Of a stretch of 64,000 nt of DNA, positions 8,934 through 20,087 are shown piece after piece. The stretch lies in NCBI GenBank assembly GCA_965217775.1, contig CBDCJH010000002.1:2944001-3008000 (forward strand). Direction: 5' to 3'. The stretch comes from Acidobacteriota bacterium. GTDB lineage: Bacteria > Acidobacteriota > UBA6911 > RPQK01 > JAJDTT01. Each line of letters begins with the position of its first letter. Position 1 is the stretch's first letter. Under the pieces are notes generated by a model that saw only the letters and a program-made list of their open reading frames with translations, was not told where the DNA came from and made no database searches. The translations under genes were made by a program, and so were the position numbers.

Positions 8934-10387
8934 TCGACACTGCCGGCAAGACTCTGGGGTTCGATCCGATCAGGACCGGACGCCATCCCGGAATCCGACT
9001 GTTGATCGTGGACGACAACCGGAGCGTGCTCCGTTCGTTGGACGGCGTCCTGAGAGACGAGGGCTATCTGGTGGATACGGCGGCCAGCGCCGAGGAAGGG
9101 CTGCGCCTCGTGGACAGGACCACTTACGACGCCATCTTCCTGGACGTCTGGTTGCCCGGTATGGACGGGATCGATGCGCTCAAGCGGATTCGATCCCGGC
9201 GCCCGCGGCAGTACGTCATCATGATCTCCGGCCACGGCACCATCGAGACCGCGGTCCGGGCCACCAAGCTGGGAGCGTACGACTTCATCGAAAAACCGCT
9301 GGCCCGCGACAAGGTCTTGCTGGTGCTGGACCATGCCCTCAAGCAGAAACGCCTGGAGACGGAAAACCGGAGTCTGAAGGACCTGATCCGGCAGGATACG
9401 GTGATGATCGGCACCTCGGTGCCGATGCAGGCGCTGCGGCAACAGATCGACTTCGCGGCCCCCACGGAGGGAAGGGTGGTCATTTACGGCGAGAACGGCA
9501 CCGGCAAAGAACTGGTGGCGCGGCTGCTCCATCTCAACAGCGCGCGGCGGGAGGGCCCGTTCGTCGAAGTCAACTGCGCGGCCATACCGGACGACCTGAT
9601 CGAGAGCGAACTGTTCGGCAGCGTCAAGGGTGGGTTCACGGGGTCGACCGAGAACCGGAAGGGGCGCTTCGAGCTGGCCGACGGTGGAACGCTCTTTCTG
9701 GACGAAGTGGCGGACATGAGTCTCAAGACCCAGGCCCGGGTGCTGAGGGTGCTGGAGGATCAACGGTTTTATCCGGTGGGCAGCCAGCGGCCCACCGAGG
9801 TGGATGCGCGCGTCCTGGCGGCGACCAACAAGGATCTGGAGAAGGAGATCGAAACCGGCCGGTTCCGGGAGGATCTCTTTTTCCGGCTCAACGTCATCCC
9901 CTTCGAAGTCCCGCCACTGCGGGAGCGCAAGGAGGACATTCCCCTGCTTCTGGACTACTTCATGGAGGTGCTCAGTCCCCATCATGGAAAACCGGGAAAG
10001 GTCATTCCTCCCGAGGTGCGGGAACGGCTTCTCCGATATCACTGGCCGGGAAACGTCCGCGAGCTGCGCAACATGGTCGAGCGTTGGATTATCATGGTTC
10101 CCGGTGGCCGGGTGGAGCTTTCGGACCTTCCCCGGTCCATCCTGGACGGAGCCGGCGCCTCCCGGCCGGAGTCCCGGAGCTGGCAGGAGGCCCGCGCCGC
10201 GTTCGAGTCTGATTTCCTGACCCGAAAGCTGCGGGGAAATGGCGGCAACATTTCCAGGACCGCCATCGAGATCGGGATGGAGCGTTCTCACCTGCACCGG
10301 AAACTCAAGGCCTACGGGATCAGCGTCGGCGCCTCGCGCGGAAAGCGCGGGGTCCGCCAGGCCCGGGGACGGAGCGCGAGCCGCTGA
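8930..10387 (+). CDS. NtrX-like response regulator (REC, sigma54-type AAA+, Fis HTH)
   Basis: [22 protein letters not shown], Walker [39 protein letters not shown] overlap with the kinase. Confidence 0.9.
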   Translation: MIDTAGKTLGFDPIRTGRHPGIRLLIVDDNRSVLRSLDGVLRDEGYLVDTAASAEEGLRLVDRTTYDAIFLDVWLPGMDGIDALKRIRSRRPRQYVIMISGHGTIETAVRATKLGAYDFIEKPLARDKVLLVLDHALKQKRLETENRSLKDLIRQDTVMIGTSVPMQALRQQIDFAAPTEGRVVIYGENGTGKELVARLLHLNSARREGPFVEVNCAAIPDDLIESELFGSVKGGFTGSTENRKGRFELADGGTLFLDEVADMSLKTQARVLRVLEDQRFYPVGSQRPTEVDARVLAATNKDLEKEIETGRFREDLFFRLNVIPFEVPPLRERKEDIPLLLDYFMEVLSPHHGKPGKVIPPEVRERLLRYHWPGNVRELRNMVERWIIMVPGGRVELSDLPRSILDGAGASRPESRSWQEARAAFESDFLTRKLRGNGGNISRTAIEIGMERSHLHRKLKAYGISVGASRGKRGVRQARGRSASR

Positions 10388-10407
10388 CCGATTCGAGCTC
10401 GAGGTTC

Positions 10408-11313
10408 ATGCAAGCACTGATGGCATCCTTCATCGACCATTTGAGATTCGAGAAGAACTACTCTCCCCACACCGTGAAGAGCTACTCCCGCGACCTGGAG
10501 CAATTCTTCCGCCACCTGACTGCCGGCCGCACCGACAGAAAGATCAAGCCCTCCGATCTGGATCACATCACCATCCGGGAGTTTCTGAGCCGGCTGAGCC
10601 AGGCGGGGAACCGGAAGGTGACCATCGCTCGAAAACTGTCGGTATTGCGGTCCTTCTTCCGCTACCTCTACCGGGAGGGGCATCTGGACCGGAACCCGGC
10701 CAAGTTGGTTCGGACTCCCCGCCAGCCACTCAAGACACCCCGCTTTCTCTCTCTTTCGGAGGTCGAATCCATCCTGACTCTGCCCCCGGCAGCGACCTCG
10801 AAGGGACTCCGGGACCGGGCCATCCTCGAACTCCTCTATGCCAGCGGCCTGCGCGTGGGAGAGCTGGTCGGCCTGAACCTGATCGACCTCTCCATGACCC
10901 GCCAACTGGTACGGGTCCGGGGAAAGGGCAACAAGGAGCGCGTGGTCCCCTTCGGGGAGCCTTCCCGGGCGAGTCTCACCGCCTACCTGGAGGCCCGGCG
11001 GCGCATCCTGGCCAAGCGCAAGGACAGTCCGGAAACCCCGGCCCTGTTCCTGAATCTTCGCGGAGGCCGTCTCAGCGCCCGGTCGGTCCAGAGAAACCTG
11101 GGAACCTACGTCCGGCAAGCTGCATTGCTGCTGGACGTCCATCCTCACCTGTTGCGCCATTCCTTCGCCACGCATCTGCTCAACAACGGCGCCGACCTGC
11201 GCTCGATTCAGGAGCTCCTGGGACACGAGAGCCTCTCCACCACTCAGCGCTATACCCATGTCTCCATCGAGCATCTCCAAAAGGTCTACCGAGCCGCTCA
11301 TCCCAAGGCCTGA
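10408..11313 (+). CDS. xerC: Tyrosine recombinase XerC
   Basis: RDRAILELLYASGLRVGEL, GKGNKER, HPHLLRHSFATHLL, IQELLGHESLSTTQRYTH, C-terminal AHPKA. Confidence 0.88.
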   Translation: MQALMASFIDHLRFEKNYSPHTVKSYSRDLEQFFRHLTAGRTDRKIKPSDLDHITIREFLSRLSQAGNRKVTIARKLSVLRSFFRYLYREGHLDRNPAKLVRTPRQPLKTPRFLSLSEVESILTLPPAATSKGLRDRAILELLYASGLRVGELVGLNLIDLSMTRQLVRVRGKGNKERVVPFGEPSRASLTAYLEARRRILAKRKDSPETPALFLNLRGGRLSARSVQRNLGTYVRQAALLLDVHPHLLRHSFATHLLNNGADLRSIQELLGHESLSTTQRYTHVSIEHLQKVYRAAHPKA

Positions 11314-11324
11314 CCTGCGGCGGG

Positions 11325-11367
11325 GTAGGGGCGCCCGTTGTGGGTGCCCTCTTCCGTCCAAATCGGA
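11325..11367 (+). repeat. GTAG-type REP palindrome with conserved 3' tail
   Basis: GTAGGGGCGCCCGTTGTGGGTGCCCTCTTCCGTCCAAATCGGA; related to copies at 18831, 30845, 49868, 55943 and 56181. Confidence 0.8.
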
Positions 11368-11371
11368 TTAA

Positions 11372-11533
11372 CAGCCCGTGGCAAAAGTCGTCACGGCATT
11401 CGACCGTCCCTGCGTCCTGCCGCTGCTGTGCGTTGCGACTCGGTCACATACTCCCGGTATGCTCCCTCCGAAGCGCCTTGTCCGGCGGGCGCAGGAACGG
11501 TCTCGGTGCTCGCGGGACTTTCGCCACGGACTG
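11372..11533 (+). mobile_element. MITE copy 2
   Basis: CAGCCCGTGGCAAAAGT ... ACTTTCGCCACGGACTG terminal inverted repeats, flanked by TTAA/TCAA. Confidence 0.85.
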
Positions 11534-11673
11534 TCAAGACACGGCCAATTGAAGATCCGGCGGCTGGAAAACCAACGCGACGGCGAAGAATTTTGGGTTC
11601 CGGCCAAGCCGGGTAGAGGAATGAGAAGTGAGAGAAGAGGATCTCGCTGACCGGTCCCGTCCCCCGCGTCAGG

Positions 11674-11703
11674 TTGCCAGCCGACACCCTTCTCTGCTAG
11701 ATT
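11674..11703 (+). promoter_or_regulatory. sigma-70 promoter of rpsO-pnp
   Basis: TTGCCA-18 nt-TAGATT with a TGn extension, 21 bp upstream of the rpsO ATG. Confidence 0.6.
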
Positions 11704-11724
11704 GACGCACGAACGAAGAAGAAA

Positions 11725-11991
11725 ATGTTGACGAAGGAACGGAAAGAAGAGCTCATCAGAGGCTACCAGTTGCACGGAACCGATACCGGCTCGCCCGAAG
11801 TCCAGGTTGCCATTCTGAGCCACCGTATCGGCTACCTCACTGAACACTTCAAGTCCCACAAGAAAGACCACCACTCCCGGCGGGGACTCCTGAAACTCGT
11901 CGGCCAGAGGCGGCGGCTTCTGGACTATCTGAAACGGATGGACTTCGTCCGCTACAAGGAGCTGATAGGTCGTCTGGGAATTCGCAAGTGA
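11725..11991 (+). CDS. rpsO: 30S ribosomal protein S15
   Basis: [37 protein letters not shown]. Confidence 0.97.
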   Translation: MLTKERKEELIRGYQLHGTDTGSPEVQVAILSHRIGYLTEHFKSHKKDHHSRRGLLKLVGQRRRLLDYLKRMDFVRYKELIGRLGIRK

Positions 11992-12162
11992 ACAGGGGCA
12001 TACCCGACCACAGTGGTTCGAATTCTTGACCGCGGCGACCCTCCGGCCACCGGCTTCCGGGCCGGACGGTCATGAGTTCCCACACACCGGGTGAGATTCC
12101 GCTCTCCCGGGTACCGCAATGGCTGCGATCGATTCCATACACCCTGAATTCAAGGAGAAAGA

Positions 12163-14391
12163 ATGTCGGAGAAAATCGAAGTACATCTGGACGGCAAAGT
12201 CCTTTCCATCGAAACCGGCAGCATGGCCAAACAAGCCGACGGTGCGGCCGTGGTTCGTCTCGAAGAGACCATGGTCCTGGTTTCGGCCTGTTCTCAACGT
12301 GAGCCTCGGGAGAACCTGAGCTTCTTCCCGCTCACCTGTGACTACCGGGAATACACCTATGCCGCGGGCAAGATTCCGGGAGGTTTTTTCAAACGGGAAG
12401 GAAGACCCTCCGAAAAAGAGGTTCTGACGAGTCGCCTCATCGACCGTCCCATCCGTCCGCTCTTCCCGGACGGCTATGCTTGCGAGACTCAGATCGTGGC
12501 CATGGTGATGTCGGCCGACCCGGAGACGAACCCCGATATTCTGGCTCTGAATGGCGCGTCGGCGGCACTGGCGCTGTCCGACATCCCCTTCCCGTATCCC
12601 CTGGGGGCGGTGCGGGTGGGCCGCGTCGACGGCCGGTTCATCCTCAACCCCAGCTACTCCCAGTTGGAAGAGAGCGATCTGAATCTGATCCTTTCCGGCT
12701 CCTGGGACGGTATCACCATGGTGGAAGCCACCATGCGGGAGGTCTCCGAGCAGGTCGTCGTCGAGGCCATCGAATATGGTCACGAGCACGGAATCCGGCC
12801 CGTCATCGAGGGGATTCGAGAGCTGGCGGGGCGCCGGCCCGTTGCCAAACGGACCGTGGAGCCCAAGGCTCTCGACCCGGAACTCGTGGAGCAGGTCGAG
12901 TCCCTGGCCAAGGAGAAGATTCTGGAGGCTCTCCATACCCACGGGAAGTTGGCCAGCGAACGGAAAATGAGTGACTCCAAGGGTGAGGTCCTCAATTCCA
13001 TCCCCGACGAGACCGGCGAGAAGAGGTCCGCGGCGGGAGACTGCTTCAACCGGCTCAAGGAAAGGCTGTTTCGGGAGCGGCTGCTGCGGGATGGACGCCG
13101 CCCCGACGGCCGGAGCTTCGACCAGGTCAGGGCCATTTCCAGCGAAGTCGGCTTGCTGCCGCGGGCGCACGGATCGGCCCTTTTCACGCGAGGGGAGACC
13201 CAGGCCCTGGTGACGGCCACGCTGGGCACCGGAGATGACGCCCAACGCCTGGATCTGCTCACCGGGGAAAGCTCGAAACGCTTCATGCTCCACTACAACT
13301 TCCCCCCCTTCAGCGTGGGCGAGGTGAGGTTCCTGAGAGGCCCGGGACGCCGGGAAATCGGACACGGCGTGCTAGCGGAGAGAGCCGTCACGCCGATGCT
13401 TCCATCCGAGGAGGAGTTCCCTTACACGGTCCGCGTGGTGTCGGACATCCTGGAGTCCAACGGCTCGTCGTCCATGGCAACCGTCTGCGGCGCCATCATG
13501 GCGTTGCAGGACGCAGGCGTGCCCCTCAAGGGCTCCATCGCCGGCATCGCCATGGGACTGGTCAAGGAGGGTGACGACTACGCCGTCCTTTCTGATATCG
13601 CCGGATTCGAGGACCACTACGGCGATATGGACTTCAAGGTCGCCGGCAGCCGGAACGGCATCACCGCCCTGCAGATGGACATCAAGATTGCGGGGGTCAC
13701 GCGAGAGCTGATGGAGGAAGCGCTGCTCCAGGCCCGTCAGGGCCGGCTCCATATCCTGGATCGGATGGCGGCGACCATTGCCGAGCCGCGCCCCGACATT
13801 TCCAAGTTGGCGCCCCGTATCGTCACCATCAAGATCCCGGTCAAGAAGATCGGCGGCGTCATCGGTCCCGGTGGGAAGATGATCCGCAGCATCATCGATC
13901 AGACGGGGGTCAAGATCGACATCGAGGACGACGGCACGGTAAACATCGCTTCCACCAGTAGCGAGGCGACCGATAAGGCGATCCGGATCATCGAGGAGCT
14001 GACGGCCACCGCCGAGATCGGCAAGACCTATCTGGGGACGGTGGTGAAAGTGGTGGACTTCGGAGCCTTCGTCGAGATTTTCCCGGGAACGGAGGGTCTG
14101 CTGCACATCTCCGAGGTCGCGGAACATCGGATCCGGGACATCCGCCAGGAGATCAACAATGGGGACAAGATGATGGTCAAAGTCCTCAATGTCGACGACA
14201 ACAACAAGATCCGGCTCAGCCGCCGCGCCGTGCTCAGAGACCAGCAAGGAGTTCAAGAGCAGCCCCGGAATCGAGAGCGGCCCCGGAATCGAGGGCAGGC
14301 CCGGAATCGAGGGCAGGCCGGGAATCGAGGGCAGGCCGGGAATCGAGGGCAGGCCGGGAATCGCCGGAGGCGCCGCCGGCAGCGCCGATGA
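12163..14391 (+). CDS. pnp: Polyribonucleotide nucleotidyltransferase (PNPase)
   Basis: [48 protein letters not shown] and S1 domains; follows rpsO. Confidence 0.97.
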   Translation: MSEKIEVHLDGKVLSIETGSMAKQADGAAVVRLEETMVLVSACSQREPRENLSFFPLTCDYREYTYAAGKIPGGFFKREGRPSEKEVLTSRLIDRPIRPLFPDGYACETQIVAMVMSADPETNPDILALNGASAALALSDIPFPYPLGAVRVGRVDGRFILNPSYSQLEESDLNLILSGSWDGITMVEATMREVSEQVVVEAIEYGHEHGIRPVIEGIRELAGRRPVAKRTVEPKALDPELVEQVESLAKEKILEALHTHGKLASERKMSDSKGEVLNSIPDETGEKRSAAGDCFNRLKERLFRERLLRDGRRPDGRSFDQVRAISSEVGLLPRAHGSALFTRGETQALVTATLGTGDDAQRLDLLTGESSKRFMLHYNFPPFSVGEVRFLRGPGRREIGHGVLAERAVTPMLPSEEEFPYTVRVVSDILESNGSSSMATVCGAIMALQDAGVPLKGSIAGIAMGLVKEGDDYAVLSDIAGFEDHYGDMDFKVAGSRNGITALQMDIKIAGVTRELMEEALLQARQGRLHILDRMAATIAEPRPDISKLAPRIVTIKIPVKKIGGVIGPGGKMIRSIIDQTGVKIDIEDDGTVNIASTSSEATDKAIRIIEELTATAEIGKTYLGTVVKVVDFGAFVEIFPGTEGLLHISEVAEHRIRDIRQEINNGDKMMVKVLNVDDNNKIRLSRRAVLRDQQGVQEQPRNRERPRNRGQARNRGQAGNRGQAGNRGQAGNRRRRRRQRR
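14266..14363 (+). repeat. 18-bp in-frame tandem repeat (~5.4 copies) in the pnp 3' end
   Basis: (C/G)GGAATCGAGGGCAGGCC units encoding [33 protein letters not shown]. Confidence 0.95.
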
Positions 14392-15146
14392 TCCCGGAAT
14401 CGCTGAAGCAAGCTCTTCGCGATTTCAGGGAGGGCCGTCTACCCGAGGCGGAGTTGCTTCGGCTACTCCATGATCTGCCCTATGAAGACCTGGATTTTGC
14501 CAAGGTCGACCACCACCGGAGTCTCCGGCATGGCTTCCCCGAGGTCATTTTCGGGAGGGGCAAGAGTCCGGACCAGATCCTCGGAATTGCCGAGTCGCTG
14601 TTGGAGCACCACTCCAACCTGCTGATCACTTCCGCCAGCGAGGGAGTCCACACCCGATTGAAAGCCACCTGCCCGGAAGCGGTGTTCCACCCACGGAGCC
14701 GGATTCTGGAGGTGGTCCGGGATCCGGTCGATCAGGGCCGGGGCACCATCGGGGTCTTCGCCGCCGGCACCGCGGACATCCCGGTCGCCGAAGAGGCCTT
14801 GGTCACGGCAACCGTCATGGGCAACAAGGCCGTCCCTTGCTACGACGTGGGTGTGGCGGGGCTGCATCGCATCCTGGGACAGCGGGAGCTGTTGGCGTCA
14901 TGCACGGTGGTGATCGCCGTTGCCGGCATGGAAGGAGCCCTTCCCAGCGTGGTCGGCGGCCTGGTCGATCTGCCTGTGATCGCGGTTCCCACCAGCGTGG
15001 GGTACGGGGCTTCCTTCGGCGGTCTGGCCGCACTTCTGGGCATGCTCAACAGTTGTGCCGCGAACGTATCCGTGGTGAACATCGACAATGGGTTCGGCGC
15101 CGGCTACGTGGCCAGCATGATCAACCGGCGGCGGGACTGCGACTGA
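14388..15146 (+). CDS. larB: Nickel-pincer cofactor biosynthesis protein LarB
   Basis: [71 protein letters not shown]. Confidence 0.92.
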   Translation: MIPESLKQALRDFREGRLPEAELLRLLHDLPYEDLDFAKVDHHRSLRHGFPEVIFGRGKSPDQILGIAESLLEHHSNLLITSASEGVHTRLKATCPEAVFHPRSRILEVVRDPVDQGRGTIGVFAAGTADIPVAEEALVTATVMGNKAVPCYDVGVAGLHRILGQRELLASCTVVIAVAGMEGALPSVVGGLVDLPVIAVPTSVGYGASFGGLAALLGMLNSCAANVSVVNIDNGFGAGYVASMINRRRDCD

Positions 15147-15301
15147 TCCGGCCTGATTCTGGTAAGTTCTAACCGGAGTATCTCACCGGGTCGCTGGGGA
15201 CACGACAAAGAAAGGACCCTTTTTCGGGCACGTACCCGTTTCGGTATGGAAGTCATCCGGGCCCAAGCTGGGGCGGGCGCGTTTCCGGGCACGAATAAGG
15301 G

Positions 15302-17047
15302 ATGAAGTTCGACGACCGGATCGTGGAACAGATCCGCAACAGCATCAATATCGTGGATCTGATCGGCGGCTACCTCCCGCTGAAAAAGCAGGGACAAAAC
15401 CACTCTGCCCTCTGCCCCTTCCATGCCGAAAAGACCCCTTCGTTTCTGGTCAGCGACAGCAAGCAGATCTTCAAGTGTTTTGGGTGCGGTGCCGGAGGGG
15501 ACATCTTCAAGTTCATCATGCTGATGGAAAACCGGACCTTTCCCGAAGCGGTGATGTTTCTGGGGGAGCGCTCGGGTATCACGGTGCGCCAGGCAGCCGA
15601 GAGCCAGAGCCCCGGGACCCAGCGAACGCAGCGCCTCCGTCAAGCCATGGAGCTGGCCGGGGGACTCTACCGCCAGTTCCTGGAACGGTCGGGAGCGGCC
15701 CAGGACTATCTGCAGAACCGGCAGATCAACCGTGAGACCACCGAACGATTCCAGATCGGGTACGCCCCGGGCGGAGGCCAACTGGTTGCCGACCTTAACC
15801 GTGAAGGATTCACGGATCAGGAACTGATGGCCTGTGGTCTGGTCAAGGAGGGAAAAGGGGGCCACAGCTACGAGCATCTGCGGCGTCGCGTAGTGTTCCC
15901 GATCCGGGATCTTCAAGGACGGATTGTGGCCTTCGGCGGACGGATCATGGGTGACGGAATTCCCAAATACCTCAACTCTCCGGACACCGATCTCTACAAG
16001 AAGGGCGCCAATCTGTACGCTCTGGAGCTGAGCCGCCCGGAGATCCGAAGGCGGGGATTCGCCATTCTGGTCGAGGGCTATTTCGACTGTGTCATGCCCC
16101 ACCAGTTCGGCTTCGGGAACGTGATCGCCGTCCTGGGCACCAGTCTGACCACGGATCAGGCCAAGCTGCTGCGGCACTATACGCGTCGAGTCGTGATCAA
16201 CTACGATCCGGACACGGCCGGAGCCAACGCGACTTTGCGCTCGGCCGACATCTTCGTGCGCGAAGGCTTCAATGTGAGCATCGCCCAGATTCCAGGAGGC
16301 CAGGATCCCGACTCCTTTTTGAGAGACCATGGGGCTCAGGCCTACGTTGACGTGCTGCGATCGTCCGTCCCTCTTCTGTCTTTCCTGCTCTCCTGGCTGA
16401 TTCGCCAGCAGAAGGATCCGTACAGTCCCGGGGGTAAACGGGAAATCGTCGAACAGGTCATGCCCCACCTCGCCGCGATCGCCAATCGAATCGAGCGCGC
16501 CGAAGCCGTGTCCCGGACCGCCACGCTGCTGAGACTGGATGAGAATCTGATCCTGGCGGAGATGCGCTACGTCCGGAAACCCCAGTCCCGCCACCTCCCC
16601 GCGACCCTGTCTCCACGGCCGGTGACGGTCACTCAGGCGGAGAAGACGCTGGTGCTGGCCGCCCTGGATCCGGCCCACCAGCACCGGGTCTTCAGCGAGC
16701 TGGAAACCGACTGGTTCGGGAACCTGGGATCGGGCAAGATCTTCGAGGCCTTGTTCGACTTGAACCGCCAGCAGCGGGGGCTGACGGCGGCAGCGGCCTC
16801 GGAGCGGCTCGACCCGGAGAACCGGGATCTCCTGGAAAACCTGGCCCTGGCCGACGACTCGCTTTCGGAAGAGATTGTGGTCGAGTGCATTCGAGCACTG
16901 AGGCGAAAGCATTTCGAGAACCTGAGCCGACGGGTCCAGGAACAGATTCTGGAAGAGGAGAAGAACACTGAGTCAACGGGGATCTTGCGTGAGCTTCTGG
17001 CAAGAAAGGAGCGGATCCGCAAGAAAATAGAGTTCGATCTTGTATAA
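15302..17047 (+). CDS. dnaG: DNA primase
   Basis: [11 protein letters not shown]...CFGC zinc finger; [31 protein letters not shown] motifs. Confidence 0.96.
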   Translation: MKFDDRIVEQIRNSINIVDLIGGYLPLKKQGQNHSALCPFHAEKTPSFLVSDSKQIFKCFGCGAGGDIFKFIMLMENRTFPEAVMFLGERSGITVRQAAESQSPGTQRTQRLRQAMELAGGLYRQFLERSGAAQDYLQNRQINRETTERFQIGYAPGGGQLVADLNREGFTDQELMACGLVKEGKGGHSYEHLRRRVVFPIRDLQGRIVAFGGRIMGDGIPKYLNSPDTDLYKKGANLYALELSRPEIRRRGFAILVEGYFDCVMPHQFGFGNVIAVLGTSLTTDQAKLLRHYTRRVVINYDPDTAGANATLRSADIFVREGFNVSIAQIPGGQDPDSFLRDHGAQAYVDVLRSSVPLLSFLLSWLIRQQKDPYSPGGKREIVEQVMPHLAAIANRIERAEAVSRTATLLRLDENLILAEMRYVRKPQSRHLPATLSPRPVTVTQAEKTLVLAALDPAHQHRVFSELETDWFGNLGSGKIFEALFDLNRQQRGLTAAAASERLDPENRDLLENLALADDSLSEEIVVECIRALRRKHFENLSRRVQEQILEEEKNTESTGILRELLARKERIRKKIEFDLV

Positions 17048-18786
17048 TGGGGGCGGCTGGCGGCATGACGGAAAACGAAGAAAAGATTCCCATTGAGGAG
17101 AAGTACGACGGCGTCAAGGAACTGATCGCCCTGGGTAAGAAAAAGGGCTATCTCCTTTACGACGAAGTCAACGACCATCTCCCCGACGATATCCAGTCCT
17201 CGGAAGACCTGGACAGCATCTTCTACCTGTTCGGCGAGGTCGGGATCGAGGTCATCGACTCGGAGGAGGATTTCGAGTCGACCCAACGACGGATTCGGAC
17301 CAAGTCCAAGGGGCAGGAAACGGAGCCCCCGGACCCCACGCTCGAGAAGACCAATGACCCGGTCCGCATGTATCTGCGGGAGATGGGCACGGTACCCCTC
17401 CTGACCCGGGAGGGGGAGGTGACCATAGCCAAGCGGATCGAGAAGGGTCGAAAGACGGTGCTGAAGGTGCTGTCTCGATCTCCCGTGGTCGTCCATGAGA
17501 TCATGCGCTACGGGGAATCGCTGGACCAGGGCAACCTCAACATCAAGGGTCTGGTCGTCTTCCGTGAAACCGAGCTCACGCCCGAGGTTTACGCGGCCCG
17601 CCGGGAAACCACTATCCGCATGGTGCAAGAGGTGGGAGAGCTGGAAGAAGGAGCCAGCAGGATCCGGCGCAAGATGCGGCGGGTCAGGAAATCCAAGGAT
17701 TCGCCCGAATACAGGAGCCTCCTGTCTCAGTTGGCCCGCTATCGAATTCCCATCGCCCGCCACATTCGGGCCCTGGATCTCACTCCCCAGACTTACGAGC
17801 GGCTCGTCAACGTCATCAAGCGAGCCGTCGACCGGATCGTCGCCCTGGACCAGGAGACCAAGAAACTCAAGAAGCTGCACGAAGCCCCACTGAAGCTGGA
17901 GGACTCCAAGAAGATCAAGCTTCGCTTACGGGAGATCGACAAACATCTGAAAGAGATCGAAGACGAGGTTCTGGCCACCCCCGCGGAACTCAAGCGCACC
18001 CTGGCCATCATCAAGCAGGGTGAGCTCGAAGCCGATATCGCCAAGAAGGAGTTGGTGGAGGCGAACCTGAGACTGGTGGTGTCCATCGCCAAGAAGTACA
18101 CGAACCGGGGCCTCCAGTTCCTGGATCTGATCCAGGAAGGAAACATCGGACTCATGAAGGCGGTGGAGAAGTTCGAGTATCGAAGGGGATACAAGTTCTC
18201 GACCTACGCCACCTGGTGGATTCGGCAGGCCATCACCCGGGCCATAGCGGACCAGGCCCGAACCATCCGGATTCCGGTCCACATGATCGAAACCATCAAC
18301 AAGCTGATTCGAACCTCGCGGGCGCTGGTGCAGGAGTACGGCCGGGAACCGACCAACGAAGAGATCTCGCTGAAAATGGGCATCCCGGTCAGCAAGGTTC
18401 GGAAGATCCTCAAGATTGCCCAGGAACCCATATCCCTGGAGACGCCTATCGGCGAGGAGGAGGACAGTCATCTCGGTGACTTCATCGAGGATCGAGGCGT
18501 GACCTCGCCCGCCGAAGCGGTCATCAATCTCAATCTCAAGGAACAGACGGCGGCCGTTCTCAAGACTCTCACCGACCGAGAGGAGCAGGTGATCCGCATG
18601 AGATTCGGCATCGGCGACGGCAGTGAGCACACCCTGGAAGAAGTGGGCCAGCGGTTCCGCGTCACCCGTGAGCGGATCCGCCAGATCGAAGCCAAGGCCT
18701 TGCGAAAGCTGAGGCACCCGTCCCGCAGCCGGAAGTTGAAAACATTCCACCAAGACAATGGGAATTCGGGTCGTAGACTTTCCTAG
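17047..18786 (+). CDS. rpoD: RNA polymerase sigma factor RpoD (alternative start 17065)
   Basis: [69 protein letters not shown]. Confidence 0.97.
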   Translation: MGAAGGMTENEEKIPIEEKYDGVKELIALGKKKGYLLYDEVNDHLPDDIQSSEDLDSIFYLFGEVGIEVIDSEEDFESTQRRIRTKSKGQETEPPDPTLEKTNDPVRMYLREMGTVPLLTREGEVTIAKRIEKGRKTVLKVLSRSPVVVHEIMRYGESLDQGNLNIKGLVVFRETELTPEVYAARRETTIRMVQEVGELEEGASRIRRKMRRVRKSKDSPEYRSLLSQLARYRIPIARHIRALDLTPQTYERLVNVIKRAVDRIVALDQETKKLKKLHEAPLKLEDSKKIKLRLREIDKHLKEIEDEVLATPAELKRTLAIIKQGELEADIAKKELVEANLRLVVSIAKKYTNRGLQFLDLIQEGNIGLMKAVEKFEYRRGYKFSTYATWWIRQAITRAIADQARTIRIPVHMIETINKLIRTSRALVQEYGREPTNEEISLKMGIPVSKVRKILKIAQEPISLETPIGEEEDSHLGDFIEDRGVTSPAEAVINLNLKEQTAAVLKTLTDREEQVIRMRFGIGDGSEHTLEEVGQRFRVTRERIRQIEAKALRKLRHPSRSRKLKTFHQDNGNSGRRLS

Positions 18787-18830
18787 TTCCTTGGGTACAA
18801 AGTCTTCGACGAATGGACGAAGAAACAAGC

Positions 18831-18875
18831 GTAGGGGCGCCCCTTGTGGGCGCCCTCTTCTGTCCGAATCGGAGC
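18831..18875 (+). repeat. GTAG-type REP palindrome with tail
   Basis: GTAGGGGCGCCCCTTGTGGGCGCCCTCTTCTGTCCGAATCGGAGC. Confidence 0.8.
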
Positions 18876-19030
18876 CAGGCGTGTCCGGATGAAGAGGCAG
18901 CGGCGGAAGACGTGGGGCGGAACTGGCGTGACCAGGCGGGAACAGCCAATGCCGCCACCGAGTCTCGATCTGGCGACAGGATCGCCGGCCGGAATGCGGC
19001 GCCGTCCGAAGCGCGGCAACTGCTTCACAC

Positions 19031-19057
19031 GGGCGCTTGGAAGCGCCCTTTTTTTTT
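19031..19057 (+). terminator. Intrinsic terminator downstream of rpoD
   Basis: GGGCGCT-TGGA-AGCGCCC hairpin followed by a run of 9 T. Confidence 0.8.
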
Positions 19058-19061
19058 CGGT

Positions 19062-19135
19062 GGGCCCATAGCTCAGTCGGTTAGAGCGTCTGACTCATAA
19101 TCAGGTGGTCGTAGGTTCGAGTCCTACTGGGCCCA
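19062..19135 (+). tRNA. tRNA-Ile2 (CAT anticodon, lysidine-modified); CCA not encoded
   Basis: Acceptor GGGCCCA/TGGGCCC; D arm GCTC/GAGC; anticodon loop CTCATAA; T arm GTAGG-TTCGAGT-CCTAC. It lacks initiator features (no C1:A72 mismatch, no 3 GC pairs), has C4/C5 TilS-type determinants and lies after rpoD like ileX. Ile2 versus elongator Met is an inference. Confidence 0.9.
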
Positions 19136-19181
19136 TACCCACCGAAGCCGGCTGCCGGTCCGAACCGTCTCCTGGAGGCAT

Positions 19182-19892
19182 GTGTTGAGCGAAGAGTTGC
19201 AAAGGTTGATCCAGCTTCAGCAACTCGACGCCAGAATCGTCGAGTTGCAGCAGCGGGTCTTGTCGATTCCTGACGAGATCGAGAGTCAGGCCGAGTCACT
19301 CCAGGCGAGTCAAGCCTCGGTAGAAGAGTTCCGGGAGCAGGCCGACCGGAAAGCCCGGATCCAACGCCGGTTGGAGGGTGAGGTCGAGCTGCTGCAGCAG
19401 AAGCTGTCCCGATACCAGGAGCAGCTCATGGACGTCAAAACCAACCGGGAGTACCGGGCCATGCAAAAGGAAATCGCCGGCGTCCGGGCTCAGATCTCCA
19501 GCAAGGAAGACGAGATCCTGGAAATCATGCTGGCCCTGGATGAGCTGGAAGACCAGACCCGGGAAGCCCGCCGGCTGGCCGAGGAACGGACCTCGGAGGT
19601 GTCCTCCCGGCAAAAGGAATTGGAATCCTTCGTCGCTCATTCCGAGACCAACATGGCCGGTTTCGAGCAGGAGAGAAACGAGCTGGAACGGGACCTGCCC
19701 GAGTCATTGCTCGCACAGTACCGCAGGATCGCGTCGGTCAATAACGGGCAGGCGCTGGCAGCGGTCAGCGACGAATCCTGCCAAGCCTGCAACGTGAAGC
19801 TTCGTCCCCAGCTTTTCACCGAGGTCAAGGCCGGCCTGAAGATTTTTGCCTGCGAGACCTGCAATCGAATCCTCTACTACCAGGGCGGCTGA
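19182..19892 (+). CDS. Coiled-coil protein with C4-type zinc ribbon (DUF164 family)
   Basis: LIQLQQLDARI N-terminus, long coiled coil with VKTNREYRAMQKEI, C-terminal CQAC...CETCNRILY. Confidence 0.88.
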   Translation: MLSEELQRLIQLQQLDARIVELQQRVLSIPDEIESQAESLQASQASVEEFREQADRKARIQRRLEGEVELLQQKLSRYQEQLMDVKTNREYRAMQKEIAGVRAQISSKEDEILEIMLALDELEDQTREARRLAEERTSEVSSRQKELESFVAHSETNMAGFEQERNELERDLPESLLAQYRRIASVNNGQALAAVSDESCQACNVKLRPQLFTEVKAGLKIFACETCNRILYYQGG

Positions 19893-20087
19893 TGAGAGGG
19901 AGTGCGGGTGGGGCGTTGAGTGAAGAGGTCGCCCACCGGGCGGGGGCCGGCGAAGCTGGGAAAGAAACGGAGCATCCGGTCAATATCAGCCGGGCGTCCT
20001 CGACGAGATCGTATTCCATACCCCGCCCAGCTCCGCGAATCCCTTCTCTTCTCTCTTTCCATTTTTCTATTTCCTCTTTCCTGAGCC

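Noticed and set aside
10408-11313. Tyrosine recombinase as a phage or island integrase
   Set aside because: Size and motifs fit housekeeping XerC in a core context; no att repeats or phage genes nearby.
11378-11650. Recurring MAKVVTAFDRPC... ORFs (11378, 25368, 30907)
   Set aside because: These are translations of the MITE with variable ends and no transposase motifs.
11992-12162. Hairpins in the rpsO-pnp spacer
   Set aside because: Expected terminator or RNase III processing structures for this operon; nothing distinctive could be supported.
14266-14363. Possible CRISPR array (this tandem repeat, or the REP/REPIN repeats)
   Set aside because: No unique spacers between regularly spaced repeats and no cas genes; the 18-mer is an in-frame coding repeat.
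19062-19135. tRNA as an integration site
   Set aside because: No duplicated tRNA 3' end seen in the window, and the next gene is a core gene.
19893-20087. RNase P or 6S RNA after the zinc-ribbon gene
   Set aside because: Too short for RNase P and lacks GAGGAAAGTCC; only a simple hairpin is visible.
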